Shown one piece after another: positions 22,592-34,548 of a stretch of DNA of 64,000 nt. The position numbers were made by a program, and so were the translations under genes. The stretch lies in contig OY969801.1 in NCBI GenBank assembly GCA_963703225.1, positions 1,248,001-1,312,000 of the forward strand, read 5' to 3'. Each line of letters opens with the position of its first letter. Position 1 is the first letter of the stretch. A model generated the notes under the pieces. It made no database searches and was not told the origin of the DNA. It worked only from the letters and a program-made list of their open reading frames with translations. The DNA comes from Candidatus Eiseniibacteriota bacterium. Lineage in GTDB: Bacteria > Eisenbacteria > RBG-16-71-46 > SZUA-252.

Positions 22592-22783
22592 ATGCCCGGC
22601 ATCAGGGTCAAAGAAGGCGAGTCCTTCGAGAGTGCCCTTCGCCGGTTCAAGAAGAAGTGTGAGAAGGCAGGAGTTCTCGCGGATCTTCGACGTCATCAGC
22701 ACTTCGAAAAACCGAGCGAGCGGCGTAAGCGAAAGCTAAACGCCGCGAAGAGGAAGATGATGGCTCGAATGAAGGCGGAATAG
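22592..22783 (+). CDS. rpsU: 30S ribosomal protein bS21
   Basis: [27 protein letters not shown]...[19 protein letters not shown]. Confidence 0.97.
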   Translation: MPGIRVKEGESFESALRRFKKKCEKAGVLADLRRHQHFEKPSERRKRKLNAAKRKMMARMKAE

Positions 22784-22808
22784 GGCCTCGTCCGAGATAG
22801 CAGAAAAC

Positions 22809-22840
22809 GGCGGGAGACCGGCGGGGGCCGGTTTCCCGTT
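22809..22840 (+). terminator. Strong hairpin after rpsU (terminator/attenuator-like, weak U tract)
   Basis: 12-bp stem CGGGAGACCGGC (22811-22822) / GCCGGTTTCCCG (22827-22838), GGGG loop. Confidence 0.45.
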
Positions 22841-22891
22841 CGCCCCCAGGGTCGGCACTTCGTCACCACTCTCACCTCCGGAAGAACCGAC

Positions 22892-25309
22892 ATTACCGAC
22901 GCGAATTCGCGCCCATCGGCGGCGCCATCGGGATTTTCGCCTGACGGCCGCGACATCGATCACGCCCACGCCGCGCTGGAGCTCTCCACCGTGCTCAGCG
23001 CAATCGCGGGGCGCACGCGCTCCGTTCCGGGGCGGGAGCGGGTCCTTGGGCTCGCGCCGCATTCGCGTCTCGAGTCGGCGCGCCAGGCTCAGGCGCTCTA
23101 CGCCGATCTGCTCTCCCTGGAGGGCGCGGCCGATCCGCCGCCGGCGGCGGCGCCGCCCGATATCCGCCAGGAGCTGGAGCGCCTCGGCATGGAGGGGGCG
23201 ACCCTTCGTGGCGACGAGCTCTGGCACATCGAGGCTCTGCTCGCGCAGGTGGCCGCGTTCACGGTTTGGTATCGGAAGGGGGAGCGGGAAATCCCGGGCC
23301 TGGTGGCGCTCCTGGATGGCCTCGATCCGCTCGATCCGCTCCACCGCGAGCTCCTCCGCTCGCTCGAGCCGTCGGGAGAAGTTCGAGATGATGCGAGCGC
23401 CGATCTCGCGAGAATCAGGCGGGCGATCCGCGCGCTCCAGTCGCGGCTTGCGTCCAAGTTGGAGTCGCTCCTCCGCTCGCTGGCGAGCCCGGAGAGCTTC
23501 GTCACGCTGCGGGAGGGCCGGTACGTGATCGCGATTCCGTCGGGCCAGCGCCGGAGCGTTCCCGGCACGATCGTGGGCCATTCGGGATCGGGCGCCAGCG
23601 TGTTCGTCGAGCCCCGCGAAGCGGCGGACGGGAACAGCGAGCTGGCCGAGCACGCCCTGGACGAGGCGCGGGAGGTGGAGCGCGTCCTCCGGGAGCTGAG
23701 CGCGCGCGCCAGGCGCGAGCACCCCGCGCTGGAGAGGAATTTTGCCGCGCTGGCGCGGCTCGACGCGGCGCAGGCCGTTGCCGCTTGGGCGACGGACGCC
23801 AAGGCCTCGCTCCCCGATCTCATCGAGGACCGGGCCCTTCGCATCCGTGGAGGCCGGCACCCCATCCTGGTCGAGCGGCACCGGAAAGGGGAGAGCGCGG
23901 AGCCGATTCCGCTCGACCTGGAGCTCACCGAGGAAACGCCCATGCTCCTGATCACGGGTCCCAACATGGGCGGAAAGACGGTGGCGATGAAGACGGTCGG
24001 GCTCCTTTCGCTATTGGCAATGACGGGGCTACCCGTCCCGGCCGCGTCGGGGACGAGGCTCCCGTGGTTCGACCGCGTGATCTGCGACATCGGGGACGAG
24101 CAATCGATACTCTCGGACGTGAGCACGTTTCTCTCGCACTTGCGCCGGGTCTCCGAAGCGATCGGCAAAGCCACGCGCCAGAGCCTCGTGCTCCTCGACG
24201 AGCTGGGTTCGGGGACCGATCCCATCGAGGGGGCCGCGCTGGGGCAGGCGGTGCTGGAGACGCTCCTGGCCCGGGGCGCGCTCTGCGTCGCGACGACCCA
24301 CCACGGCATGCTGAAAACGTTCGCGCAGGAGAGCCCGGGAGTGGAAAACGCCTCGATGGAATATGACGAGGCGACCCTCCGTCCGCGCTTCCGGCTCATC
24401 GTTGGCGTGCCGGGGCGGAGCCGGGCGATCCAGGTGGCGGAGCGGTACGGAATGGACTCGAAGGTGCTCGACCGGGCCCGCGCTCTGCTCCCCCAAGGAG
24501 AGCGGGATCTCGACCGCCTCCTGGAAGAGCTGGGGCGGCTGCGGGAGGACGCGAGGGAAGAGCGGATCAATCTGGAGCGGACGCGGGCGGAATTGGCCTC
24601 GCGCGAATCGGAGCTCCGCGAAGCGCGGGATCACCTCGAAGCCGAGCGGAAGGAGCGAAAGCAGTCGGAGCTCTCCGCGCGCCGAGAGCTCCTGCGCCAG
24701 CTCGAAGCCCAGATCGACGACTACCGAAAGAAGCTCAAGACCGAGAAGAAGGCGACCCAGGCGACGCTTCAGGAAGCGCGGGGCCTCGCGAAGGGACTTT
24801 CGGACGAGATCGAGAGCGAAGCTGGCCGGGAGCGTCCCGAGGCGCCGGTGGGAACCCCGGTCGTGACCGTGAGCCCCGGGGACCCGGTTTACCTACCTTC
24901 GCTCGGCGCGCACGCGACCGCGCTGACGGCGCCGGGGGCGGATGGGCGGGTTCGGGTAAAGATCGGCGGCGCGACCGCGGTTCTTCCCTTGGCCGATCTA
25001 CGCCGCGTCGATCGGGCGGAACAGCAGGGCCCGCCGGCGCGGAGGATGCACGCGGAGATCTCAGACGTGAAGAACGAGATCGACGTACGCGGATTTGAGG
25101 CGGACGACGCGATCCAGGCGGTGGAGCGCTTTCTGGAAAACGCCCACGTGGGAGGGATCGGAATGGCTCGCATCATTCACGGGAAGGGGAAGGGGATTCT
25201 GCGCGAGCGGATGAAGCATTGGCTCCAGGGGAACTCGCTCGTGAAGGAGCACCGCTTGGGAGAGCTGGGAGAGGGGGGGACCGGCGTCACCATCGTGACG
25301 CTGGCCTGA
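22892..25309 (+). CDS. mutS2: MutS2 (with Smr domain); start uncertain (ATT 22892 or GTG 22991)
   Basis: SGASVFVEP, ITGPNMGGKTV, DIGDEQSI..STF, LDELGSGTDP.EG, TTHH, C-terminal Smr IIHGKGKGILR. Confidence 0.93.
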   Translation: MTDANSRPSAAPSGFSPDGRDIDHAHAALELSTVLSAIAGRTRSVPGRERVLGLAPHSRLESARQAQALYADLLSLEGAADPPPAAAPPDIRQELERLGMEGATLRGDELWHIEALLAQVAAFTVWYRKGEREIPGLVALLDGLDPLDPLHRELLRSLEPSGEVRDDASADLARIRRAIRALQSRLASKLESLLRSLASPESFVTLREGRYVIAIPSGQRRSVPGTIVGHSGSGASVFVEPREAADGNSELAEHALDEAREVERVLRELSARARREHPALERNFAALARLDAAQAVAAWATDAKASLPDLIEDRALRIRGGRHPILVERHRKGESAEPIPLDLELTEETPMLLITGPNMGGKTVAMKTVGLLSLLAMTGLPVPAASGTRLPWFDRVICDIGDEQSILSDVSTFLSHLRRVSEAIGKATRQSLVLLDELGSGTDPIEGAALGQAVLETLLARGALCVATTHHGMLKTFAQESPGVENASMEYDEATLRPRFRLIVGVPGRSRAIQVAERYGMDSKVLDRARALLPQGERDLDRLLEELGRLREDAREERINLERTRAELASRESELREARDHLEAERKERKQSELSARRELLRQLEAQIDDYRKKLKTEKKATQATLQEARGLAKGLSDEIESEAGRERPEAPVGTPVVTVSPGDPVYLPSLGAHATALTAPGADGRVRVKIGGATAVLPLADLRRVDRAEQQGPPARRMHAEISDVKNEIDVRGFEADDAIQAVERFLENAHVGGIGMARIIHGKGKGILRERMKHWLQGNSLVKEHRLGELGEGGTGVTIVTLA

Positions 25310-25310
25310 C

Positions 25311-27173
25311 ATGACAGGTCGAACCGCGGAAGAGGCCAAGGAAGAGGTCCGGAACGCCTCCGACATCGTCGCGATCGTCGGCGAGCGCGTGCCGCTCCGG
25401 CGAATGGGGCGCGCGTGGAAGGGGCTCTGCCCGTTCCACACCGAGAGGACGCCCTCCTTCACGGTCAACCCCGAACGCCAGATCTGGCACTGCTTCGGTT
25501 GCGATCGGGGCGGCGACGTCTTCTCGTTTCTCATGGAGATCGACAAGGTGACGTTTCCGGAAGCGCTCGCGATCCTGGCCGAGCGCGCGGGGGTGGAGCT
25601 GCCCCGCGCCGGATCGGGGGCGGGCGACGCCAAGCGGGACCGGCTCTACCAGGCGAACGCTTTGGCGAACGATTTCTTCAAAGCCAACCTCCGCTCGCCG
25701 GCCGGAGCGAAGGCGCGCGACTATCTGGCAGGACGCGGCTTTGACGAAGTCGTGCTCGACCGGTTCCAGGTTGGATGGGCCCCGGAGGGTTGGGAAGCGC
25801 TCGCGACGACGCTGGGCAAGCTGCTCCCGGGGGGCGTCCTCGAGGAGGCAGGGCTCGTCGCCCGCCGCGGGGACGGAACCTATTACGATCGGTTCCGAGA
25901 CCGGGTCACCTTTCCCATCGAGGCGTCGGCCGGCCGGGTGGCTGGCTTCGGCGCCAGGGCTCTCGGTCCCGACCAAACGCCCAAGTACATCAACTCTCCC
26001 GAGTCCGCGGTCTATCGAAAAGGGGGGCTCCTGTTTGGGCTCCCCCTCGCGAGGCAGGGGATCCGGCAGATGAAGCGGGTACTGGTCGCGGAAGGGTACC
26101 TGGACGCCATGAGGCTCCACGCCGCCGGATTTCCCAACTCGATCTGCACGTGCGGCACGGCGCTCACCCCCGACCAGGCGCGGGCGCTGGCGCGGTTCGA
26201 TGTGGAGGTGCTTCTGGTCTACGACGGCGACGACGCTGGGGTCCGCGCAGCCGATCGCGCGCTCGATGCGCTTCTTTCGGCGGGCATCGATGTGCGGGTC
26301 CTGATCCTCCCGGACGGAGAGGATCCCGATTCCTACATCGTGAAGCATGGCGCCGCTGCCTTCTCAGCCCTGGTCGAGGGGGCAGGGGACGCGGCGGCGT
26401 TCCTGGCCAGCGCGAGCCTGGCGAGGGGCGATTCGAACCCAACGTCGGAAGCTCGTGTACGGCGGTATGTCGAGCTCCTGGGCCGGGTGGACGACCCCAT
26501 CCGGAGGCGGATGATGATCCGCCGGGGGGCGGTCACCTTCGGCCTTGAGGAGGACGTGCTCGTCGAGGCGCTCTCCAAGCGTCGAGGGCGGAGGCCGTCG
26601 GCAGCCAGGGCCAAGGAGTCGTTTACCGGTCAGGGGGATTTGACCGGCCGAGCCGAGCGAGGTGGCACATCCCCCGTAACAGGCGAGGGGATCCGGGGCG
26701 GGTCTCCGCGTCGGATGGACGAGAGCCCCGAGGCACTCGATCCGGTGGAGAGGGAGCTGGCCGCGCGCTGTTTGACGGAGGAGGGCGCCGTCCTGGAGGT
26801 GGTGGCGCGCGGCGGAGTTAACTGCTTTAGAAATAGGGCGTTACAGGGGCTCCTTCGATCCTGGATCGAGATGGCGCGGGCGCCCCTGCCCGACGAGATT
26901 CGGGCCCTGATCGATTTGGAGCCACTGGCCAGATCCCTCCTCGCGGAACAGGCGGTGGAAGAGGGTCGTACGGACGAGATGTCACGCCGAGGCGCCCGGG
27001 AGCTTCTCCAGCGACTGGAGGAGAGGCGGCTCCGGGCCAGCATCCAGGATCTGGACCGCGCCATCCGCCAGGCGGAGGGCACCCAGGACTCGGGTTCCCT
27101 GGACCGGCTTGTGGCCGAACGACGGGATCTTGCATCCAAGCTACATAGTAGAAACCACCCCGCGGGTCCCTAG
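25311..27173 (+). CDS. dnaG: DNA primase
   Basis: [16 protein letters not shown] zinc finger, [30 protein letters not shown]. Confidence 0.96.
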   Translation: MTGRTAEEAKEEVRNASDIVAIVGERVPLRRMGRAWKGLCPFHTERTPSFTVNPERQIWHCFGCDRGGDVFSFLMEIDKVTFPEALAILAERAGVELPRAGSGAGDAKRDRLYQANALANDFFKANLRSPAGAKARDYLAGRGFDEVVLDRFQVGWAPEGWEALATTLGKLLPGGVLEEAGLVARRGDGTYYDRFRDRVTFPIEASAGRVAGFGARALGPDQTPKYINSPESAVYRKGGLLFGLPLARQGIRQMKRVLVAEGYLDAMRLHAAGFPNSICTCGTALTPDQARALARFDVEVLLVYDGDDAGVRAADRALDALLSAGIDVRVLILPDGEDPDSYIVKHGAAAFSALVEGAGDAAAFLASASLARGDSNPTSEARVRRYVELLGRVDDPIRRRMMIRRGAVTFGLEEDVLVEALSKRRGRRPSAARAKESFTGQGDLTGRAERGGTSPVTGEGIRGGSPRRMDESPEALDPVERELAARCLTEEGAVLEVVARGGVNCFRNRALQGLLRSWIEMARAPLPDEIRALIDLEPLARSLLAEQAVEEGRTDEMSRRGARELLQRLEERRLRASIQDLDRAIRQAEGTQDSGSLDRLVAERRDLASKLHSRNHPAGP

Positions 27174-27217
27174 GACTAGGGTGGGGTCCCCGACACAAGA
27201 AAAGGAGACGTCGACGG

Positions 27218-28963
27218 ATGAAGCGTGAGAAGACGGACCGCTTTCACGATCTGAAAGTGCTGGCCGGGAAGCAGCTGTACCTCCTCCACGATCAGATCGA
27301 GACGTTCCTGGACGAGAGCGCGTCCGTCGAGGACATGGACGAGGTCTACATCGCCCTGAACGACCTCAAGGTCGACGTCTTCGACACCCACGAGGAAGCG
27401 CAGCAGAAGCTGAAGCTGAAGCGGCGCGAGGAGAAGCGGCCCGCCGAGAAGCAGGTTCTCCCGCACCCGATGCGTTATGACGACCCGGTCCGCATGTACC
27501 TGCGGGAGATGGGGCGCGTGCCGCTTCTGGACCGCGAGGGCGAAGTGGAGATCGCCAAGCGGATCAAGGCGGGCGAGCGGCAGATCTGCACGGCGCTCTT
27601 CCGCTCCACGCCGATCATGAAGGAGCTGATCGGCCTCGGCACGAAGCTGAAGCAGGGGAAGGTCCGCGTGGAAGAGTTCACGCAGATCGACTTCGGAAAC
27701 TGGAATCCCGAATTCTCGCCCAAACGGGAGCGGGCGCGGGTGCTCAAGTCGATGGATCGCGTCCGCACGCTCCACGGCAAGCTGCTCAAGCTCCAAGAAC
27801 GGTCGGTGGGCCGTCTCTCGGAGGAGAAGCGCCGGACGCACCACGAAAAGGTGCGCCTCGCCGATGAGGAGCTCCTCAAGGAGCTCTACCTGCTCAGCGT
27901 GAACAACAAGCTGATCGACCGGCTCGCCGAGCGCATGAAGGCGCTCTCCAAGAAGGTCGAGGAGGCCGAGTCCGACGTCACGACGATGGAGTGGAGTTGG
28001 GGACGGTCCAGCGACCAGATCCACAACATGATCAAGAGGATCAAGAAGAGCCGGAAGGAAGCAAAGCAGATCGAGAGGGAGACGGGGCTCAAGCCGACCG
28101 ATCTCGACACCTACGTGGTGGAGCTCAAGAACGCGCGCCGCAAGGTGCGCCGCATCGAGATCGAAGGGAAGATGTCTCGGGAACAGATCCGCGAGGTCGC
28201 GACCGAGATCCGCTCCGGCGAGATCGCCCGCGACAAGGCGAAGCGCGAGATGATCGAGGCGAACGTGCGGCTCGTGATCTCGATCGCCAAGCGCTACACG
28301 AACCGCGGGCTCGAGTTCCTCGACCTGATCCAGGAGGGCAACTCCGGCCTCATGCGCGCGGTCGACAAGTTCGACTACCGCAAGGGCTACAAGTTCTCGA
28401 CCTACGCCACCTGGTGGATCCGCCAGGCCATCACCCGCGCGATCGCCGACCAGGCGCGGACGATCCGCGTGCCGGTGCACATGATCGAGGCGATCAACAA
28501 GGTCGTCCGCACGTCGCGCCGGCTGGTGCAGGAGCTGGGCCGCGAGCCGACCCCCGAGGAGATCGCGGAGAAGCTCACGCTGCCGGTGGACAAGATCAAG
28601 AGCGTGCTGAAGGCCGCGCAGGAGCCGATCTCGCTCGACCGTCCGATCGGCGAGGACGACGACTCCAACCTGGGCGACTTCATCGAGGACACGAGCGTGA
28701 TCTCGCCGGCGCAGGCCGCGGCGTTCTCGATGCTGAAGGACGAGGTGAACGAGGTGCTCGAAACCCTGAGCAAGCGCGAGGCGAAGGTGATCCGTCTGCG
28801 CTTCGGACTCACCGAGGACGGCTGCCCGCGCACGCTGGAGGAGGTGGGCGCCACGTTCAACGTGACGCGCGAGCGAATCCGGCAGATCGAGGCGAAGGCG
28901 CTGCGCAAGCTGCGCCATCCGACGCGCAGCCGGCGCCTCAAGGGCTACGTGGAGATGATGTGA
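27218..28963 (+). CDS. rpoD: Primary sigma factor RpoD
   Basis: [60 protein letters not shown]. Confidence 0.98.
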   Translation: MKREKTDRFHDLKVLAGKQLYLLHDQIETFLDESASVEDMDEVYIALNDLKVDVFDTHEEAQQKLKLKRREEKRPAEKQVLPHPMRYDDPVRMYLREMGRVPLLDREGEVEIAKRIKAGERQICTALFRSTPIMKELIGLGTKLKQGKVRVEEFTQIDFGNWNPEFSPKRERARVLKSMDRVRTLHGKLLKLQERSVGRLSEEKRRTHHEKVRLADEELLKELYLLSVNNKLIDRLAERMKALSKKVEEAESDVTTMEWSWGRSSDQIHNMIKRIKKSRKEAKQIERETGLKPTDLDTYVVELKNARRKVRRIEIEGKMSREQIREVATEIRSGEIARDKAKREMIEANVRLVISIAKRYTNRGLEFLDLIQEGNSGLMRAVDKFDYRKGYKFSTYATWWIRQAITRAIADQARTIRVPVHMIEAINKVVRTSRRLVQELGREPTPEEIAEKLTLPVDKIKSVLKAAQEPISLDRPIGEDDDSNLGDFIEDTSVISPAQAAAFSMLKDEVNEVLETLSKREAKVIRLRFGLTEDGCPRTLEEVGATFNVTRERIRQIEAKALRKLRHPTRSRRLKGYVEMM

Positions 28964-28977
28964 GAGGGACGGGCGGC

Positions 28978-29007
28978 TTGACCCTCCCGACTGGCGGGTG
29001 GTACGTT
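28978..29007 (+). promoter_or_regulatory. Sigma70-type promoter of the downstream tRNAs
   Basis: TTGACC (28978-28983), 18-nt spacer, TGgTACGTT (28999-29007). Confidence 0.6.
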
Positions 29008-29047
29008 CCGCGTTCGCGGTCCGCGGCAAGAACCAAGAGAGGCATCC

Positions 29048-29120
29048 GGGCCCATAGCTCAGTGGTGAGAGCACCCGGCTCATAACCGGTCGGTCCTTGG
29101 TTCAAGTCCAAGTGGGCCCA
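29048..29120 (+). tRNA. tRNA with CAT anticodon, probably tRNA-Ile2 (lysidine); CCA not encoded
   Basis: Acceptor GGGCCCA/TGGGCCC, loop CTCATAA; lacks the initiator C1:A72 mismatch and GGG/CCC anticodon stem; position after rpoD resembles E. coli ileX. Confidence 0.85.
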
Positions 29121-29187
29121 GTTGCCACACCCATTCCATCTCTTCGCTTCGCGGGGCGGACCGTCCCCGCGCTTGATCGATCACCGG

Positions 29188-29263
29188 GGGCGGTTAGCTC
29201 AGTTGGGAGAGCGCTGGTATCACAAGCCAGAGGTCGCAGGTTCAATCCCTGCACCGCCCACCA
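29188..29263 (+). tRNA. tRNA-Val (CAC)
   Basis: 76 nt; acceptor GGGCGGT/ACCGCCC, anticodon arm CTGGT-ATCACAA-GCCAG, ACCA end. Confidence 0.93.
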
Positions 29264-29379
29264 CGCGCCCGGCGCCAACCCTGTCCCTCATCGGGAGGGG
29301 CTCGGCCAAACCCGGGCCCCGTCGCCCTTCGCGGGGAGCGCGCTTCGGCGCGCTCCCCGTTTTTCTTTGGAGGTAGCCG

Positions 29380-30096
29380 TTGCTGCCTGAGCTCGACGCA
29401 CTCCTCGCGCTCCAGCGTCAGGACACGCTGCTCCTAGAAACGAGGCGCCAGAAGGAGGGGATTCCCCGCCGGCGCGACGCCCTGAAGGGCGCGGTCGACG
29501 GCGCGCGCTCGGCGCTCGATCAATCGAAGAAGGATCTGGAGCAGGCCCGTCTCGCTCGCCGCACCGTGGAGAAGGAGGTCGAGACATTTTCCGCGGAGGC
29601 GAACAAGCTCGAGCGACAGCTCCACGACGTCAAGACGAACAAGGAGTACCAGGCGTTGCTGCACGAAATCGAGCTCATCAAGAGCAAGCGATCGGACCAC
29701 GAGACGAAGATCCTCGAGTCGTTCGACCGGGAAGAGAGGCTGACCGCCTCGGTCGCCGCGGCGGAGCGGCGCCTCAAGGATGATGAGGGGCGGCTGCGCG
29801 AAGGGGAGGAGACCCTCGCACGCGAGGACGCGGCGCTGGAGCAGCGGCTCCACTCGCTCTCCCAGGATCGAGATGCCGTCAAGCCTCGGGTGCCGCCGAC
29901 CCTCCTCAGTCGATACGATCGACTCCTCGGGGCCCGCGACGGCGTCGCCGTGGCGGAGGTGAGGAAGGGAGCCTGCGGCGCCTGCTTCAAGTCGCTCACC
30001 CCCCACGCGCTCCAGGAGGCGCGGCGGGGCGATCAGGTGAAGATGTGCGAAGCCTGCGGCCGCATCCTCATCTGGGTGGAGACGGCCCCCTCCTAG
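29380..30096 (+). CDS. Coiled-coil C4 zinc-ribbon protein (DUF164/CT398-like)
   Basis: LLALQ..D, KTNKEYQALLHEI, C-terminal CGAC...CEACGRIL; GGAGG SD before TTG. Confidence 0.88.
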   Translation: MLPELDALLALQRQDTLLLETRRQKEGIPRRRDALKGAVDGARSALDQSKKDLEQARLARRTVEKEVETFSAEANKLERQLHDVKTNKEYQALLHEIELIKSKRSDHETKILESFDREERLTASVAAAERRLKDDEGRLREGEETLAREDAALEQRLHSLSQDRDAVKPRVPPTLLSRYDRLLGARDGVAVAEVRKGACGACFKSLTPHALQEARRGDQVKMCEACGRILIWVETAPS

Positions 30097-30138
30097 ACCC
30101 GTCCCACCTCGTCGCCACCGGACAACGGAGAATCTGCC

Positions 30139-31911
30139 ATCGGAGCCCTGCGTCACCTTCTTCCCGTACCTGAAGCGGCACAAGACCGCCCTCGTGTTCG
30201 GCACGGCTCTCCGTCCTGCTCACGAACTTGTTCCAGGTCTGGTCTCCCTGGCTGGTGCGCCAGGCGGTCGACCACCTGCAGGCGGGCGTTGCGATGGTGA
30301 GGATCGCGAGGGACGCGGGGCTCATCCTCCTGGCGGTCGTGCTCCAGGGCGTCTTCCTCTTCACCATGCGGATGACGCTCATCCGCGCCTCGCGCCGCAT
30401 CGAGTACGAGCTTCGCAACGACCTCTTCGACCACTTCGCCCGGCTCCCGGCCAGCGCCTATCGGACGCGGAAGGTGGGCGACCTGATGTCGCGGGCGACC
30501 AACGATCTCGATGCCGTACGGAATTTTCTCGGCCCGGGCATCATGTACTTCGCCAACACCATCGTGACGTTCGTGATGGCCGTGACGCTCATGTGCCGGA
30601 TCGACGCTCGGCTCACTTTGATCGCGCTGATCCCGCTTCCGATCCTCTCCTTGGTGGTGGCCCGCCTGGGTGCGCAGCTCCACCACTTCTACGAGGAGAT
30701 CCAGGCCTCGTTCGCGGCCCTGACGGCGAAAGCGCAGGAGACGCTCGCGGGGATTCGGGTGGTGAAGGCGCATGTGGAGGAGGAAGGCGAGTACCGGGCC
30801 TTTCAAACGCTCCATGAGGACTACCTCGAGAAGAACCGCGGGATGGTGCGGATTTGGGCGGCGATGGGAGGGCTCCTCTCCCTGCTCGGGGGGATCGCGG
30901 CCGCCATCGTTCTCTGGGTCGGTGGCAGCGCGGTCGTTTCGGGAAGGATCACGCTGGGCGAGATGGTGGCGTTCCAGATCTACCTGTCGATGCTCCTCTG
31001 GCCGATGATCGCGCTGGGGTGGGTCTCGAATCTGTTTCAACGGGGCGCCGCGTCGATGTCGAGAATTCGGGCCATCATCGACCTCCCGGCGGAGGAAGAC
31101 GTGGCGCGCGACGGGAGCGGAACGGGGGTGGCCGTGAGGGAGACCATCCCGACCATGGACGCGACCGTCGAGCTCCGCGGCGTGGGCTTTCGCTACCCGG
31201 AGACCGATCGACTCGTGCTTCGCGGCGTCGATCTGACGCTCCAACCGGGGGAGACGGTCGCGGTGGTGGGCCGGACCGGCTCCGGAAAGACGACGCTTTT
31301 GAACTTGATCGCGCGCCTCTACGAGCCGAGTGAGGGGACGGTGCTCGTAGGAGGAATTCCCGCCGAGCGCTGGCCGCGCGGGCTGCTGCGGCGCCGGTTC
31401 GGTATCGTGCCGCAGGAGACCTTCCTCTTCTCCGACACGATCCGCGCGAACATTGGCTTCGGCTTCGACGAGGGGGAGGCCCAGCCCGAAGCCGAGGAGG
31501 TCGCGCGCCGCGCCGGGCTTGGGCTCCGACCTGACCCAGTTCCCCCAGGGGCTCGACACGGTCATCGGAGAGCGGGGCATCACGCTCTCGGGCGGGCAGA
31601 AGCAGCGCGTCTCGCTGGCGCGCGCGCTGGCCCTCGAGCGGCCGGTTCTGCTCTTGGACGACGCCTTCGCGAACGTCGACCCTGGGACCGAGGAGCAAAT
31701 CCTCGACACGCTCTTTCGCCTGCCCCACCGCCCGTCGATCCTCCTCGCGACGCACCGGCGGTCGGCCCTGCTCCGCGCGAAGCGGATCGTGGTGCTCGAT
31801 GAAGGGCGGATCGTCGATTCCGGGTCGCATGAAGAGTTGATCGGACGGGGCGGTCTCTACGCCGATCTCTACCACCGCGAGGAAGTGGTGGAAGAGCTGG
31901 AGGCGCTCTAG
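30139..31911 (+). CDS. ABC exporter, fused permease/ATPase subunit 1; +1 frameshifts near 30164, 30206 and 31521; start uncertain
   Basis: GDLMSRATND, GRTGSGKTT, VPQETFLFSDTI; IGERGITLSGGQKQR and LLDD continue in the next frame. Confidence 0.85.
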
Positions 31912-33742
31912 TGGCCGGTCCCTGGGGCTCCGCGGCCGACGACATCGACGCGCAGGGCGCGATCTACGATCAGCGTCTCGCGGGTCGGCTGCTGACGCTA
32001 TCTCAAGCCCTACCGGAAGCAGGTCGTGCTATCGGTCGTCCTCCTCGGCGTGATCTCGCTCCTCGAGATCGCGGGGCCCTACCTGACCAAGGTGGCGATC
32101 GACACCTACGTCAAGCCGACGGCGGGGCGCGGCGCCCTTCCGGCCGACGCGGGCCAAGGCCTCCTGCTTCTCGCCGCGGCGTACGTCGCGATCCTGATCG
32201 TGGGATTCGCGCTCCGCTACGTGCAGACCTACACGATGTCGATGGTGGGCCAGCGAGCGATGCAGGACTTGCGGCTCGGGATCTTTCGCCACCTTCAGAT
32301 CCCTGACGCCTTCCTACTTCGACACCCGCCCGGTGGGGCGGATCCTGACCCGGGTGACGCAGGACGTGGCCGTGCTCAACGAGTTGTTCGCGCAGGGCGT
32401 GGTGGCGGTGATCGGCGACCTCTTCATGCTCTTTGGAATCGTCGGAGCCATGCTCTGGCTCAACTGGAAGCTCGCGCTGGTCACGCTGACCACGGTGCCG
32501 CTTCTGGTGATCGCGACCGCGATCTTCCGAGCCAAGGTCCGGGTCTCCTATCGCCGGGTCCGGACCCGTCTCGCGCGGATCAACGCGTTCTTACAAGAAC
32601 ATCTGCAGGGGCTCGACATCCTCAAGTTCTTCAACGCCGAGACCAAGGAATGGCGCAAGTTCGACCGGGCGAACCACGATCACTACACCGCACACGTGCA
32701 GAATCTCTTCTATTACGCCGTTTTCTTCCCGGCGGTCGAGATCATCGGGGCGATCGCGATCGCGCTCATCCTCTGGTACGGCGGCGGCGGAATTCTGCTG
32801 GGCGTGGCGACGTTCGGCGTGGTCGTCGCCTTCATCCAGTACGCGGACCGCTTCTACCAGCCGGTCCGGGACCTGAGCGAAAAGTACAACGTCTTCCAGT
32901 CGGCCATGGTCGCGTCGGAGCGGATCTTCGAGCTGCTCGACACCCAGCCCGCGGTCGCCGAGCCCCGGGAGCCCCGCGCGATCGGGCGCCTGAAGGGCGA
33001 GGTGGAGTTCGATCACGTCGGCTTTGCCTACCAGGGGGAAGAATGGGTGCTCCGGGACGTCTCGTTCCGGATCGCGCCGGGGGAAAAGGTGGCCATCGTC
33101 GGCGCCACCGGCGCGGGGAAGTCCACCATCGCGAACCTGCTCATCCGCTTTTACGACTTTCAAAAGGGCGCGATCCGGGTGGACGGCGTCGACATCCGCG
33201 AGATCGAGGGGAAGGCGCTCCGGCGGCAGATCGGGCTCGTGCTGCAGGACGTCTTTCTATTCTCGGGCACGGTGCGCGAGAACATCGCGTTCGGCGATCG
33301 AGGACGCGCCGGTGACGCGGTGGATCGAGCGCTCGCCGAGGTCGGCGGGTCGAGGCTGGCCGTCCGGCTCCCGCGGGGATTGGAGGAGGAGGTGGGGGAG
33401 CGCGGCGCTTACTTCTCGATGGGCGAGCGGCAGATCCTGGCTTTCGCTCGTGCCCTCCACTACGACCCGAGCATCCTGATCCTGGACGAGGCGACCTCGA
33501 GCGTCGACGTGGAGACCGAGCGGGCGATCCAGGCGGCGCTCCGGCGACTCCTGCGCGGCCGCACCTCGCTGGTGATCGCGCACCGCCTGAGCACGATCCT
33601 CGACGCCGATCGAATTCTCGTGATGCACAAGGGAGAGCTGCGTGAGCAGGGGACGCACGCGGAGCTTCTGGCCAAGGACGGCATCTACGCGCGGCTCTAT
33701 GAGCTCCAGTTCGCGCGGCAACAGGAGACGGCGGCGTCATGA
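31911..33742 (+). CDS. ABC exporter, fused permease/ATPase subunit 2; +1 frameshifts near 31998 and 32302
   Basis: GRILTRVTQD, GATGAGKST, FSMGERQ, ILDEATSSVD, IAHRLST; pairs with the upstream gene like MdlA/MdlB. Confidence 0.88.
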
Positions 33743-34548
33743 GCCGAAGCGGACCGCGAGACCTCTCGGTGGCCATCGAGGTCGCCCGGGAGGCGGGGGC
33801 CCTCTTGAAATCGAACTTCGGCAAGGTGCAGGAGGTCGATTTCAAGGGTCGGATCAACCTGGTGACGGAGATGGACCGGCGGTCGGAGCGGCTGATCATC
33901 GAGCGGCTCACCGCCGCTTTCCCCGGCGACGACGTCTGGGCGGAAGAGGGCGGAGGGGGCCGGTCCGGGTCCGAGCGGGTCTGGATCGTCGACCCCTTGG
34001 ACGGGACGACCAACTACGCCCACGAGTATCCGGTCTTCTCGGTCTCGATCGCGCTTCAGATTCAAGGGCGGCTCGAAGTGGGGGTCGTCTACAACCCGCT
34101 GCTCGACGACGTCTACGCCGCACGACGCGGGGGCGGCGCGACGCTGAACGGGCAGCGGCGGCGCGTGACGTCGGTGGACACGCTCGAGCGCGCCTTCCTC
34201 GCCACGGGCTTCGCCTACGACGTGACCGTCTCCGACCCGGAGCGGAACAACGTCGGCCCCTTCTCGCGCTTCCTCGTCCGGGCCCAGGCGGTCCGCCGCG
34301 CGGGCTCGGCCTCGCTCGCCATCGCCAAGGTCGGAGTGGGTCGGACGGACGGGTTCTGGGAGCGGGGACTCCACGCCTGGGACATGGCCGCCGCTCTCGT
34401 GATCGTGGAAGAGGGCGGCGGGTTCATCAGCGACTACGGCGGGGGCGTCCCGGCGTTGGAAGGGGGCGAGTTGGTGGCGACCAACGGACGGCTCCACGCG
34501 TCAATGCTCGAGGTGCTCGCGATGCGGGGCGTGGCGTCGGCGACGTGA
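33739..34548 (+). CDS. suhB: Inositol monophosphatase family
   Basis: LVTEMD, AEE, WIVDPLDGTTNYAH, WDMAA. Confidence 0.9.
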   Translation: MSRSGPRDLSVAIEVAREAGALLKSNFGKVQEVDFKGRINLVTEMDRRSERLIIERLTAAFPGDDVWAEEGGGGRSGSERVWIVDPLDGTTNYAHEYPVFSVSIALQIQGRLEVGVVYNPLLDDVYAARRGGGATLNGQRRRVTSVDTLERAFLATGFAYDVTVSDPERNNVGPFSRFLVRAQAVRRAGSASLAIAKVGVGRTDGFWERGLHAWDMAAALVIVEEGGGFISDYGGGVPALEGGELVATNGRLHASMLEVLAMRGVASAT

